DNA from: an uncultured Methanosarcinales archaeon
GTDB lineage: Archaea > Nanobdellota > Nanobdellia > Woesearchaeales > GW2011-AR4
Reading direction: 5' to 3'
NCBI GenBank assembly: GCA_964436645.1
Contig: CAYTDO010000003.1
Coordinates: 939 to 64,938, forward strand
DNA: 64,000 nt
Part shown: positions 18,809 to 28,190 of the stretch, piece by piece
Layout of the letters: each line of letters opens with the position of its first letter
Position numbering within the stretch: the stretch's first letter is position 1
Notes under the pieces: model-generated
Database searches by the model: none
What the model saw: the letters and a program-made list of their open reading frames with translations, nothing else
Told to the model about the DNA's origin: nothing
Program-made: the position numbers and the translations under genes

Positions 18809-19840
18809 TTATTCAACATCATTACTTATTTTTCCGGTTATTTTTTTACCTGGCCATATCTTGCAGCCAGGCATTATGGCCACATTTTCTGCTTTTACGT
18901 TATCTCCTATAATAGCTCCGAGAGTTCCTGCCGATATTGATTTTCCTTTTATTACGGAAACTGCATTATTTTTTGCTTTGGCTGTGCCTTTGAAATAAAC
19001 ATTTTCTCCAATTATGGAATTTTCTATTACTGAGTTTTTTTCTATGATTGAGTTGTCCATGATTATTGAGTTTTTAATGCTGCCCTTTATCCTGCAATTT
19101 TTTCCAATAGATGAATTTTCAGCCTCTCCGGAAATTTCTGAGCTGCTTTCAATTGAATTTTTCCCGTTTCTTATTTCCCTATCAGCTTCCAATAAATCCC
19201 AGGGGTAGCTTATCTGCAGGCATGAGGAGCTGTGGACGCAATGCACACTGCCACGATTAGCAAGATGCCTTATTGCGTCGGTTATCTCGTATTCATTCCT
19301 TTCTGATTTTTTCAGTTTCTTAAGAAGCTCGAATATTTTTTTATCTAATGAGTATAAGGCGCAGCTTGCTAAATCTGAAGGAGGATTTTTTGGCTTCTCC
19401 ATGATATTTTTTACCAGGCCATTTTTTTCAATGATAACGCCAAAAATCTCAGGGTTTTTTACTTTTTTTGCCAAGATTGAATATTTATGCTTTGAAACTT
19501 CTTTTATGTCTTGTTTTGAATAAATATTATCACCCATAAGGAGAAGGAACCTGCCATTGATGTGCTTCTCTAAGATTGAAACTGCATGGCCAGTCCCAAG
19601 CTGCTCTTTTTGCTCAATAAGCTTTATATTCAGGTTTTTGCAGTTTTCTTTGACGAACTTTTCCATCATCTCTTTTTTGTAGCCCACAACAATGATTATT
19701 TCGCCTGATACTTCTTTTAGGGCTTCAAGGTTATATTCAAGGATGGTTTTGTTTGCCGCCTTAAGCAGCGGCTTGGGCCTTGTCAAAGTCAAAGGGAATG
19801 TCCTTGTTGAGCTTCCTGCCGCAAGAATCACGGATTGCAT
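18809..19840 (-). CDS. sugar-1-phosphate nucleotidyltransferase with a C-terminal left-handed beta-helix (GlmU-like bifunctional architecture)
   Basis: N-terminal ILAAGSSTRTFPLTLTRPKPLL (GxGTR-type). The C-terminus has many hexapeptide repeats (IGKNCRIKGSIKNSIIMDNSIIEKNSVIENSIIG...). Confidence 0.7.
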   Translation of the reverse strand: MQSVILAAGSSTRTFPLTLTRPKPLLKAANKTILEYNLEALKEVSGEIIIVVGYKKEMMEKFVKENCKNLNIKLIEQKEQLGTGHAVSILEKHINGRFLLLMGDNIYSKQDIKEVSKHKYSILAKKVKNPEIFGVIIEKNGLVKNIMEKPKNPPSDLASCALYSLDKKIFELLKKLKKSERNEYEITDAIRHLANRGSVHCVHSSSCLQISYPWDLLEADREIRNGKNSIESSSEISGEAENSSIGKNCRIKGSIKNSIIMDNSIIEKNSVIENSIIGENVYFKGTAKAKNNAVSVIKGKSISAGTLGAIIGDNVKAENVAIMPGCKIWPGKKITGKISNDVE

Positions 19841-21091
19841 TCACATCAACTCTATTTTTTTAACATTGTCTTTAATATTGGCTGTCTTGAACAGATTTTT
19901 AAGAAATGACTCTGCATCTGCAAAGGGGCGGTTTTCAAGGGCATATACTTTGTTGCTTTTCATGAAAGTTTTTTTGTGCTTTTTCCTGAAAAAATCTACA
20001 TGCATCTTCATTTTCAGGGGAGGGCCTTGCAGCTCTATTGCCTTTGAAAGGTTTTTGCTTTCAAGGGCATAGTACAGCAAAGAGCTGCTTTTTCCGTTCC
20101 AAATCATATTGCTTTCAATTATTTTAAAGCCGTAATCTAAAAATTTTTGCTGAATAAAATTAAATGCCTTCAGCATCTTTGCTCCAGCTACATCATCTTT
20201 TTTATCTAAAGGAAATGCCATGATTAAAATTAAATTCTTTCCAAATTTTCCCCTTAAATCCTGCTCTGATGCATGCCTGATTTCAAAAAATTCCTTTGAG
20301 GGTTTTTTCATGAATTCCCTTGCCCTTTGCTTCAAGAGCTCGAATTTTTCGCCGTCAAGAGCAGCAGATGCATTCCTGTCTTTTTGCACAGGATCTATCA
20401 GGATTAATGGGCTGACAAGCTTCGATTTATTCAGCTCCATAAGGATGTTTTTTCCCTTATGGGAATTTTTAGGGTCAATTATCTCCTTGCCTTTCCATTG
20501 GGATGATGCTTTTATCAGGTTACGGAAAGAGCCGTAATGTATTGTCAATATCTCGCAGACATATCCGGAGAATCCTTTTATGTAACTTTCAGCGCCATAG
20601 ACTCTTGCAGCCTTGAAGAACTGCTTTGCAAGCCTCATCTCGTCAATGAGCTTCTTGTGCTTTAGGACAAAATCTGCATGCAAAGGGCTTACATCAGTTA
20701 TGTTTTTTGCTTCCTCTGCTTTTTTAATTTCCAGGATTGGCACGATCTCAAAAGTAAAATCCTCCTGCCTTATCTGAAAATAATCTCTTGAACCGTGCAA
20801 TCTTGTTATCTTGAAATGCTTCTTTAGGAATTTTTCGAGAATTTCTGAGAGCTGAGAGTCCTTGTTTTTGTATTTCGCATAATTGAATTTGACAAAAATG
20901 TCAGCATCAAATGATTTTAGCCATGTTCCTTTCGCTCCAGAGCCCCCAAGGATTGCTTTTGCATCTTTTATTCCTTTGTTTATTGCTTTGATTATTTTGG
21001 AAGCTTTTTCAAGTATTTCCTGCTCATATCCTTTGTTGGGCCTTATGTCTTCCAGCACTTCTGAAAGAAGGTTTTTCATGTCGTTTTGCAT
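19841..21091 (-). CDS. cca: CCA-adding tRNA nucleotidyltransferase, archaeal class I
   Basis: GGSGAKGTWLKSFDADIFV matches the archaeal Cca GS...GT...D.D motif. Size 416 aa. Confidence 0.8.
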   Translation of the reverse strand: MQNDMKNLLSEVLEDIRPNKGYEQEILEKASKIIKAINKGIKDAKAILGGSGAKGTWLKSFDADIFVKFNYAKYKNKDSQLSEILEKFLKKHFKITRLHGSRDYFQIRQEDFTFEIVPILEIKKAEEAKNITDVSPLHADFVLKHKKLIDEMRLAKQFFKAARVYGAESYIKGFSGYVCEILTIHYGSFRNLIKASSQWKGKEIIDPKNSHKGKNILMELNKSKLVSPLILIDPVQKDRNASAALDGEKFELLKQRAREFMKKPSKEFFEIRHASEQDLRGKFGKNLILIMAFPLDKKDDVAGAKMLKAFNFIQQKFLDYGFKIIESNMIWNGKSSSLLYYALESKNLSKAIELQGPPLKMKMHVDFFRKKHKKTFMKSNKVYALENRPFADAESFLKNLFKTANIKDNVKKIELM

Positions 21092-21203
21092 ATGGGGCCA
21101 TGGTTTGAGAGTATATAAAAAGATTTAGGTTTTAGATTGGTTTAGTATTTTTTAATTTTGTAAATGTTTCTTTTTTATTGAAAAATATGCTTTGCAAAAT
21201 ATA

Positions 21204-21306
21204 GGCTCGCATCACGCTCGAAAATCGTAGATTTTCGGTGTCCTGGAAATCTTTGATTTCCATGATTTTTGCCATTAAATGGGCGGAGGCAGCATTTTAC
21301 CGCGCT
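21204..21306. repeat. ~125-bp hairpin-rich intergenic repeat, copy 2 of 3
   Basis: Near-identical to 12752-12853 and 49888-49989. Lies in the divergent promoter region between cca and the antiporter gene. Confidence 0.65.
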
Positions 21307-21398
21307 GACTTAATTTAAAAACTTCCTAAGAGGGAGCAAGTAACTTGGGCGATAACTATTTATACTTGTTTTAAGAGGTTTTTATCAAAAGAGGTTAT

Positions 21399-22553
21399 AT
21401 GGCTAGCGAAGTCTTATTGTACCTGGGCTATTTGGCAATTGTATTGCTGATAGGGCTTTTGACTTCTGCTTTAAGCCAAAAATTTAGAATTCCTAATATC
21501 TTGCTGCTTCTGCTTATAGGCTTTGGGATTGGAAGGATTAAGTATAATGGAATTCATTTAATCCAGTTTCCTGATAGTTTCATTTTAAGCATAAGCATAC
21601 TTGCTTTAGTTATGATTGTATTTGATTCTACATCTCGGCTTAAGCCTTTGAAGTTTGATTACTTTTCTATGCATACATTATGGCTGTCTTTCGTTTTCTT
21701 GTTATTTAACCTGATTTTTCTTACAATCATTGCGCGATGGATTTTTGGCATTAGCTGGATTAGTGCAGTTATATTTGGGGCTTTGATGTCTGGGACTGAC
21801 TTTAATTCGGTCTTGTCATTTTTTAGGGGAGCAAAGAATCAGGTGTTTGAATTTTTGGAGATGGAATCGTGGTTCAGCACAATATTTGTGAGTTTATTGC
21901 CTTTTCTTATTTTAGATTTTAGCGAGGCTTTAGGGGCTGCTAATGGCTTGTGGCTTTTTATTCAAAACATTACCATGAGCATTGCTGTTGGAGTGCTTAT
22001 AGGATTTGTAATGTTCAAGTTTATAGGGAGAAAATATTCTTCTGTGTCAAGCCCGCTTGCACTTATTTTATGCGCTTTGCTGGCCTATATTGTTGCGGAG
22101 AAGTTCAATGGAAACGGTGTTGTGGCTGCTGCGGCTTTAGGGCTTCTGTTTGGGAATGTTCATTTGAACCATAAAGAGCAACTGCATTCTTTTTCATCTG
22201 TTTTTTCCAGCTCTTTGGAAATTTTAGTGTTTGTTTTTATAGGCTTGATTGCACCTATTGATTTTTCACTTCGATTTTTTATCAATTCCCTGCTATTGTT
22301 TATTGCTTATGTTGGAATAAGGCTTTTTGCCATGCTTTTCTCTTTAAGGGGGATGCACTTTAGATTTAAAGATAAATTATTTATGGCATTGAATGCACAG
22401 AAAGGCGCAGTGGTTGGAGTGATTATCTTTGCATTTGCCAGCATGAAAATTAGCGGAATTAGCGGGATTTTGGGATTAAGCGTTATGTTTATGACTTATT
22501 CTTTGGTTTTGTCTTTTTTCTCCATGAGAATTGCAAAATCTTTTAGGTCGTAG
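21399..22553 (+). CDS. cation:proton antiporter (CPA/NhaP-Kef-like) membrane protein
   Basis: 384 aa with about 11 TM helices. N-terminal helix pattern YLGYLAIVLLIGLLTSALSQKFRIPNILLLLLIGFGIG is typical of Na+/H+ exchangers. Confidence 0.5.
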   Translation: MASEVLLYLGYLAIVLLIGLLTSALSQKFRIPNILLLLLIGFGIGRIKYNGIHLIQFPDSFILSISILALVMIVFDSTSRLKPLKFDYFSMHTLWLSFVFLLFNLIFLTIIARWIFGISWISAVIFGALMSGTDFNSVLSFFRGAKNQVFEFLEMESWFSTIFVSLLPFLILDFSEALGAANGLWLFIQNITMSIAVGVLIGFVMFKFIGRKYSSVSSPLALILCALLAYIVAEKFNGNGVVAAAALGLLFGNVHLNHKEQLHSFSSVFSSSLEILVFVFIGLIAPIDFSLRFFINSLLLFIAYVGIRLFAMLFSLRGMHFRFKDKLFMALNAQKGAVVGVIIFAFASMKISGISGILGLSVMFMTYSLVLSFFSMRIAKSFRS

Positions 22554-22653
22554 ATTATAGCGAGCAAATTAGAATGGCAGTTATTTTTTTTAGTTTTGAG
22601 AGCAAGAGACTTATTATGGAACTTATGGGGAACTAGATAAATAAACTAATTTT

Positions 22654-25122
22654 TCATTCTTTCACAATCTTAGCCATGCCAACTAATTTATCCCCGTCAT
22701 CCAGCTTTATCAGCCTTACTCCCTGGGTATTTCTTCCTATTATAGAAATCTGGGAAACTGATGTCCTTATGGTTATGCCTTTCTTTGTCACTAACATTAT
22801 CTCATCATCATCCAGGACGGAAGCTATAGAGGATACTTTGCCGTTCCTGTCAGAGCATAATATATTAATTACTCCAGAACCGCCTCGGCTTATGAGCCTG
22901 TATTCAGAGATTGCAGTTCTTTTGCCATAGCCGTTTTCCGTTACGGTAAGCAGAGCCTTGTCATCTTTGGCAACTACCATGCCAACTACATAATCATCTT
23001 TTGAAAGCCTTATGCCCCTTACACCTTGAGACGATCTTCCTGTAGGCCTTACATCGTTTTCATTGAACCGCACTGCGTTTCCATTTCTGGTAGCCACAAT
23101 TATTTCTTGATTGCCGTCAGTAAGCTTGACCTCTATCAAACTATCGCCTTCATCCAAGGATATTGCAATTATTCCCCCATTTCTTGGATTGGAGTATGAT
23201 GCAAGGCTTGTTTTTTTTATTGTTCCATTTTTAGTGGCCATAATCAAATAATGGGTGCCGTCAAAAGCTTTTATTGGGATGCGGGCAGTTACTTTTTCCC
23301 CTTCCTGCAAATTTACAAGATTTACAATTGCTTTTCCCATAGCTTGGCGGGAGGCCTCCGGAATATCATAGACCCTTATCCAATGCACTCTGCCCATGCT
23401 CGTGAACAACAGCAAGTAATCGTGAGTGTTTGCAATGAAAATATCGCTTACAAAGTCTTCCTCCCTGGTTGTGGTTGCAATCAGCCCCTTGCCCCCCCTA
23501 TTTTGCTGCTTGTAGACTTCGACAGCCTGCCTTTTTATGTAGCCGGAATGAGACACTGTAACAACACATTCACTTTGCGCAATCATGTCTTCCATTTCGA
23601 AATTTTCTGCTTCGCTCTCTATAACCTCTGTTTTTCTCTTGTCGCCATAAGCCTGCTTAAGCTCCATAAGCTCCTGCTTGATTATATCCAGGATTTTTTG
23701 AGGAGATTGCAAAATCTCTTTTAATTGGGATATTAGTTTTAACAAGCCGCTATGCTCCTGCTTAACCTTATCCTGTTCCAAAGAAGTCAATCTTTGCAGC
23801 TTCATTTCAAGGATAGCGACGCTTTGCTCCTCTGAGAGCTCAAAATTTGAGATTAATGCTGCCTTTGCGTCTTCAACTGATTTGCTTTCCTTTACCAATT
23901 TTATGGTTTTATCAATATTATTCAAGGCTATGATAAGCCCTTCTAAAATATGTGCTCTCGTCTGGGCTTTGTGCAAATCAAAAAGAGCCCTTTTTTTTAC
24001 TATATCTTTCCTGTGCTCAATATAATAATAAATCATCTGATTAAGATTGAGGGTCTTGGGAATATTATTTACCAGAGCGACCATGGTTATTCCAAAAGTG
24101 GTTTGCAATCTGGAATGCGAGTAAAGCTGGTTAAGGAGAACATCCGGGTTTGCGTCTTTTTTCATCTCAATCACTACTCGAATGCCGTCCCTGTCAGATT
24201 CATCCCGTATATCGCTTATGCCCTGAATTTTTTTATCCCTAACTAGGTCGGCTATATGAGTTATCATCTCTGATTTATTGACCATATAAGGAATTTCAGT
24301 AATCACAATTTTCTTATTTCCCTTGGACTCTTCCACACTAGCTTTTGCCCTTACAATAAGTTTTCCTCTTCCAGTTTTGTAAGCGCTTAATATTCCGCTT
24401 CTTCCGCATATTGTAGCTCCAGTAGGGAAATCGGGGCCTTTGATGTGCTCCATAAGCTCCTGCAAAGAAATTGCTGGATTATCTATCTGGGCTATTACTC
24501 CCCCTATTATTTCAGCCATATTATGAGGGGGGATATTTGTGGCCATGCCTACTGCAATTCCCGAGCTGCCATTCACCAATAAATTAGGGAATTTGGAAGG
24601 CATGACAGCTGGCTCCTGAGCAGTATTGTCAAAATTAGGCGAAAATTTTACAGTTCTTTTGTCAATATCCTGCAGCATCTCTTCTGCGAGTTTTGTCAAT
24701 CTTGCCTCGGTATATCTCATTGCGGCGGCATTATCTCCATCCACAGAGCCAAAATTACCCTGACCATCAACTAGAAGATAACGCATTGAGAAATTCTGCG
24801 CTAACCTGACCAAAGTATCATAAATGGCTGCATCTCCATGAGGGTGAAATTTTGCCATGCAGTTTCCGACAACATTTGCAGATTTTCTGAAAGGCTTGTT
24901 ATGCAATAATCCTGATTCCCACATTGTAAAAAGAACTCGCCTATGAACTGGTTTAAGCCCATCCCTTACATCAGGAAGCGCTCTTCCAACAATGACTGAC
25001 ATAGAATAATCCAGGTAAGATTGCTTCATCTCATCTTCGATGATTCGCTGGATTATTATAGTGCCGGAGGAGGTATTTTGGTCTTTTTCCGCGCTGTTGC
25101 TCTGGCTGTTTTTTTCGTCCAT
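22654..25122 (-). CDS. gyrA: DNA gyrase subunit A
   Basis: 822 aa. N-terminal [25 protein letters not shown], the active-site region [10 protein letters not shown], and C-terminal beta-pinwheel repeats. Confidence 0.95.
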   Translation of the reverse strand: MDEKNSQSNSAEKDQNTSSGTIIIQRIIEDEMKQSYLDYSMSVIVGRALPDVRDGLKPVHRRVLFTMWESGLLHNKPFRKSANVVGNCMAKFHPHGDAAIYDTLVRLAQNFSMRYLLVDGQGNFGSVDGDNAAAMRYTEARLTKLAEEMLQDIDKRTVKFSPNFDNTAQEPAVMPSKFPNLLVNGSSGIAVGMATNIPPHNMAEIIGGVIAQIDNPAISLQELMEHIKGPDFPTGATICGRSGILSAYKTGRGKLIVRAKASVEESKGNKKIVITEIPYMVNKSEMITHIADLVRDKKIQGISDIRDESDRDGIRVVIEMKKDANPDVLLNQLYSHSRLQTTFGITMVALVNNIPKTLNLNQMIYYYIEHRKDIVKKRALFDLHKAQTRAHILEGLIIALNNIDKTIKLVKESKSVEDAKAALISNFELSEEQSVAILEMKLQRLTSLEQDKVKQEHSGLLKLISQLKEILQSPQKILDIIKQELMELKQAYGDKRKTEVIESEAENFEMEDMIAQSECVVTVSHSGYIKRQAVEVYKQQNRGGKGLIATTTREEDFVSDIFIANTHDYLLLFTSMGRVHWIRVYDIPEASRQAMGKAIVNLVNLQEGEKVTARIPIKAFDGTHYLIMATKNGTIKKTSLASYSNPRNGGIIAISLDEGDSLIEVKLTDGNQEIIVATRNGNAVRFNENDVRPTGRSSQGVRGIRLSKDDYVVGMVVAKDDKALLTVTENGYGKRTAISEYRLISRGGSGVINILCSDRNGKVSSIASVLDDDEIMLVTKKGITIRTSVSQISIIGRNTQGVRLIKLDDGDKLVGMAKIVKE

Positions 25123-25239
25123 TTTTTAATTAAGAAAATTATAGTTTTCCGTCGATAAATAGTATTTTTTTATGTTTATAAGGGTTGCGGTTTTGGGTAT
25201 TTATTTTCTATATAGAATAGAATATATAAAATCTGGTGA

Positions 25240-25386
25240 TTATTTGGCTTCGCTTACGATGCTTGAACAGACAGTGTAAGACTTCCCGCAATAAACGCAT
25301 CTTTTCTTATTTTTTTCAGATAGAGGCTTCATATTCTGATATTTCATTTTATGCTTGCATTGAGGGCATTGTAAAAGCAGCATCAT
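25240..25386 (-). CDS. unannotated small zinc-ribbon protein (48 aa, C-x2-C-x19-C-x2-C)
   Basis: Hand translation gives MMLLLQCPQCKHKMKYQNMKPLSEKNKKRCVYCGKSYTVCSSIVSEAK. It falls below the ORF-track size cutoff and sits in the gyrA-scpB spacer. Confidence 0.3.
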   Translation of the reverse strand: MMLLLQCPQCKHKMKYQNMKPLSEKNKKRCVYCGKSYTVCSSIVSEAK

Positions 25387-25449
25387 TTTTTAGATTATTT
25401 TTTTATTTTTGTGATTTTTATTATAGTATATTTTTGTTTTTGCCCAGGT

Positions 25450-26502
25450 TTATTGGATTTTCTTTTTCTTCTTTGTTTTGTTGTCTTCCTGCTCTTCTTC
25501 CATTGCAGCTTCCAGAAGGTCCTTTTCTTCGCTTCCATATTTTTCCTGCTCAATTGAATCCAATTCGCCATCATTACCTGAACTTTCTTTTTTTTCTTTT
25601 TCTTGATTGGATTCTCCTTTTGGATGCAGAATATTTTCAACGCGCTCATCTACCATTCTTTCCTCTTCAGAGCTTAGTTCTATGCCGCCTTCCAAGGGCT
25701 CTTCCTCTTGCGGTTCTTTTTCTTCTGCTGCTTTTTGAACTTCTTCCTTGATATGCTGGAGCCTTTCCCGGTCTTTCTCGAGCTCTTCCTCGGAAGGCTC
25801 ATCTACAACTTCAAGGCTTCCGAGCTTCCCTTCAAAAATTGATTGAGATGCTGTTGCAGGCTTTTCTTCTGCCTTTTTTTGCCCCTCCTGGCCATAAGGC
25901 TCAAGATCTATGCCTTTTTCCATCTGCTCCTTCATTTTCTTTTCTTCTTCTGCACTTACTTTTTGCTGTTCCCTTATTCTTTTAACTTCGGACTCCTTTT
26001 CTTCTATGGCTTTTGCTATTGTTGAGAAATCGTGGAAGACTTCCTTCAGCTTCTCTTCCGGAAGGTCAAAATATTCGAAGAATTTTTGAGAGAGCTTTAT
26101 CAGATTGGTCCTTCCATGCTTCTGACGGGTAATATAGCCCATCTCCTCAAGCTCTTTAAGATGATCATATGCCTTGTTTGTCCTGATTTTAATTAGTTCA
26201 GATTGCTTTATTGGATACTTAAATGCTATTACTGCCAAAGTCTCAAGAATAGTCCTGCTTAATTCAGTTTCTGTCACTATCTTGCTGACTATGGGAAGGA
26301 AGGGCTCCCTCACTGTAAGTTTCCAGGAATCTCCTTCATTCACGAGCATGATGCTTGAGTTCTTTTCATCATATTCCATTTTGAGCTCTGCTAATGCAGA
26401 CTTTATATCTTCAGCCTTGGATTTAGTAATCTGAGAAAATTCCCCTACGCCCATCTTCCTTCCTGAAGAAAATAGCAGAGCTTCAATATCTTTCTTAAGC
26501 AT
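25450..26502 (-). CDS. scpB: segregation and condensation protein B (ScpB) with a ~200-aa acidic disordered C-terminal extension
   Basis: The N-terminal 150 aa show the two winged-helix repeats of ScpB (IEALLFSSGRKMGVGEFSQIT..., ILETLAVIAFKYPIKQSELIKIR). The rest is an E/K/D-rich tail. Confidence 0.7.
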   Translation of the reverse strand: MLKKDIEALLFSSGRKMGVGEFSQITKSKAEDIKSALAELKMEYDEKNSSIMLVNEGDSWKLTVREPFLPIVSKIVTETELSRTILETLAVIAFKYPIKQSELIKIRTNKAYDHLKELEEMGYITRQKHGRTNLIKLSQKFFEYFDLPEEKLKEVFHDFSTIAKAIEEKESEVKRIREQQKVSAEEEKKMKEQMEKGIDLEPYGQEGQKKAEEKPATASQSIFEGKLGSLEVVDEPSEEELEKDRERLQHIKEEVQKAAEEKEPQEEEPLEGGIELSSEEERMVDERVENILHPKGESNQEKEKKESSGNDGELDSIEQEKYGSEEKDLLEAAMEEEQEDNKTKKKKKIQ

Positions 26503-26532
26503 GCAAACCTCTTTATTAAATTTTTATATAGA

Positions 26533-27120
26533 TTATATTATCAAACTATAGAGCTCTTCTTCCTTTTTAATCTTGTTTTCTTTTTCCAGGTTTTCCAAAA
26601 ATATTTCCAGCTCTTTTTCGTGTATTCCGGTAAGCTTTGAAAGAGACTCCTTTGTCATTTTTCCTCTTGACAATGAGATTAGTATGACATTCTGGGCTGC
26701 TTTTGCAAGATTTTGCCTTAAGAAATCATTTTCATTTTTCTGTTTCTTTACTACCATGTCGACAGTATGCAGCCTTGCCTGCAGGTCATTTATGAGGTTT
26801 TCAACTGTGGAGTTCTGCACTATCAGCTCTTCAGGCTTGGATATCTCAACAGAGGAAGGCATATAATCAAAACAGAATGCAATAAGCTTCGGTAGACCCT
26901 TGATAACCATATCAAGCTCAACAAATGTGGTCCACAGGCCGTCTTTTTCCTGCGCATCGGCAAAATCTGAACCCATCACTATAAAGCCTGAGTCTTTCTT
27001 TATGCTTTCAACATAATCCTTTATAGTTTTCTCTACATGCTCCTTCGGCTTGCCAAGTATCTCTATAATTATTTTGCACCTTAAATGTGTTTTTTCAGCT
27101 ATTAATTTTTCATCTGGCAT
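26533..27120 (-). CDS. hypothetical protein with a C-terminal winged-helix domain
   Basis: 195 aa. The C-terminus NVILISLSRGKMTKESLSKLTGIHEKELEIFLENLEK looks like a wHTH. Adjacent to scpB. Confidence 0.4.
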   Translation of the reverse strand: MPDEKLIAEKTHLRCKIIIEILGKPKEHVEKTIKDYVESIKKDSGFIVMGSDFADAQEKDGLWTTFVELDMVIKGLPKLIAFCFDYMPSSVEISKPEELIVQNSTVENLINDLQARLHTVDMVVKKQKNENDFLRQNLAKAAQNVILISLSRGKMTKESLSKLTGIHEKELEIFLENLEKENKIKKEEELYSLII

Positions 27121-27189
27121 AAAATGATAGAGCCTTGTTTTGTTTAAAAAGGTTTTGGCAAAGAATTGTGCAAAGTTAATGAAATCTAG

Positions 27190-27205
27190 GCGCCAACGTT
27201 GGCGC
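27190..27205. promoter_or_regulatory. perfect 16-bp palindrome GCGCCAACGTTGGCGC in a divergent intergenic region
   Basis: A GC-rich palindrome in an otherwise AT-rich spacer between divergently transcribed genes. Candidate operator. Confidence 0.3.
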
Positions 27206-27280
27206 TGGGTTATTTTTGTTCATTTAATTTCCTCAAGTGGATATATTTAAATACAGTTATTGATTGCGAATATATAGAAA

Positions 27281-28117
27281 ATGGCAGAATCAATCAAAGA
27301 ATTAAGGAAGATATGCTATGAAGGCTCGGACAAGAAAAGGCCCTTGTATATGGAGCTTTTTACCATGAAGGTTTCCATCTATGTGACTAAGCTATTGATT
27401 TATACTCCAATCCATGCTGACCAGGTAACTATGCTTATGGTGCTGCTTGCAATTATAGGCTCCGGAATGATGGCTTTTGGCAGCATCTGGACGATGTTTA
27501 TCGGGATAACTATAATACATTTTACAGTGGTTTTAGATAATGTAAACGGGGAAGTTGCAAGGTACAGGAAGGAGGGGAGCCTGATGGGGACTTTCCTTGA
27601 GGAGTTTTACCATACACTGTCGATTCCATTTATTTTTTTCTCATTGGGCTATGGAATTTTCAACCAGACCGGGATAAAATATGCACTTATATCTGGATTT
27701 TTGGCTGCAATATTTGCCAGCCCTATCGTGCTTACTTCAATAAAGACTGCGGTTGTGAAAAAGGGAATGGACAGGCTTAAAGCCAAAAAAGGGATGCTGC
27801 CCAAGAAATATACTATGCTTAAATCGGCAATCAATGTGAAAGGGGGAAGCACAGAAACTGGAAGGGAGCTTTATTCTCTGTATGATAATATAAAAGAGTT
27901 ATGGGGATTTCCTTTCAATATACTGCACATCCAGATAGTTTTGGCTTTGGAATTAGCCAATTACTATTATCATTTTATGCCTGCGTTTATTTTATCATTA
28001 ATTTACATTATTTTGTATGGATCGGTTTCGGTTTTGAGGCAGATAATATCTTTTGTTGTGCATTACAAAGGAAAGACCGTTTTCCATTACTATAACGCAT
28101 TATTTAATAAAAAATAA
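27281..28117 (+). CDS. membrane protein, divergent CDP-alcohol phosphatidyltransferase-like
   Basis: Multi-TM protein with LDNVNGEVARYRKEGSLMGTFLEEFYH. This resembles the D-x2-DG-x2-AR-x8-G-x3-G-x3-D-x3-D motif but has N/E/H substitutions. Confidence 0.35.
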   Translation: MAESIKELRKICYEGSDKKRPLYMELFTMKVSIYVTKLLIYTPIHADQVTMLMVLLAIIGSGMMAFGSIWTMFIGITIIHFTVVLDNVNGEVARYRKEGSLMGTFLEEFYHTLSIPFIFFSLGYGIFNQTGIKYALISGFLAAIFASPIVLTSIKTAVVKKGMDRLKAKKGMLPKKYTMLKSAINVKGGSTETGRELYSLYDNIKELWGFPFNILHIQIVLALELANYYYHFMPAFILSLIYIILYGSVSVLRQIISFVVHYKGKTVFHYYNALFNKK

Positions 28118-28190
28118 TAACAATAATAATAAAACATATCCAAAATAACATTATTAAAATTTTATAAAATAACTCTAAAAATCAACTACC

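Noticed and set aside
25236-25751. 171-aa plus-strand ORF and 84-aa minus-strand ORF (25395-25649) in the ORF track
   Set aside because: Low-complexity translations (poly-F/L and poly-K) of the AT-rich spacer and of the antisense of the scpB acidic tail. No plausible protein.
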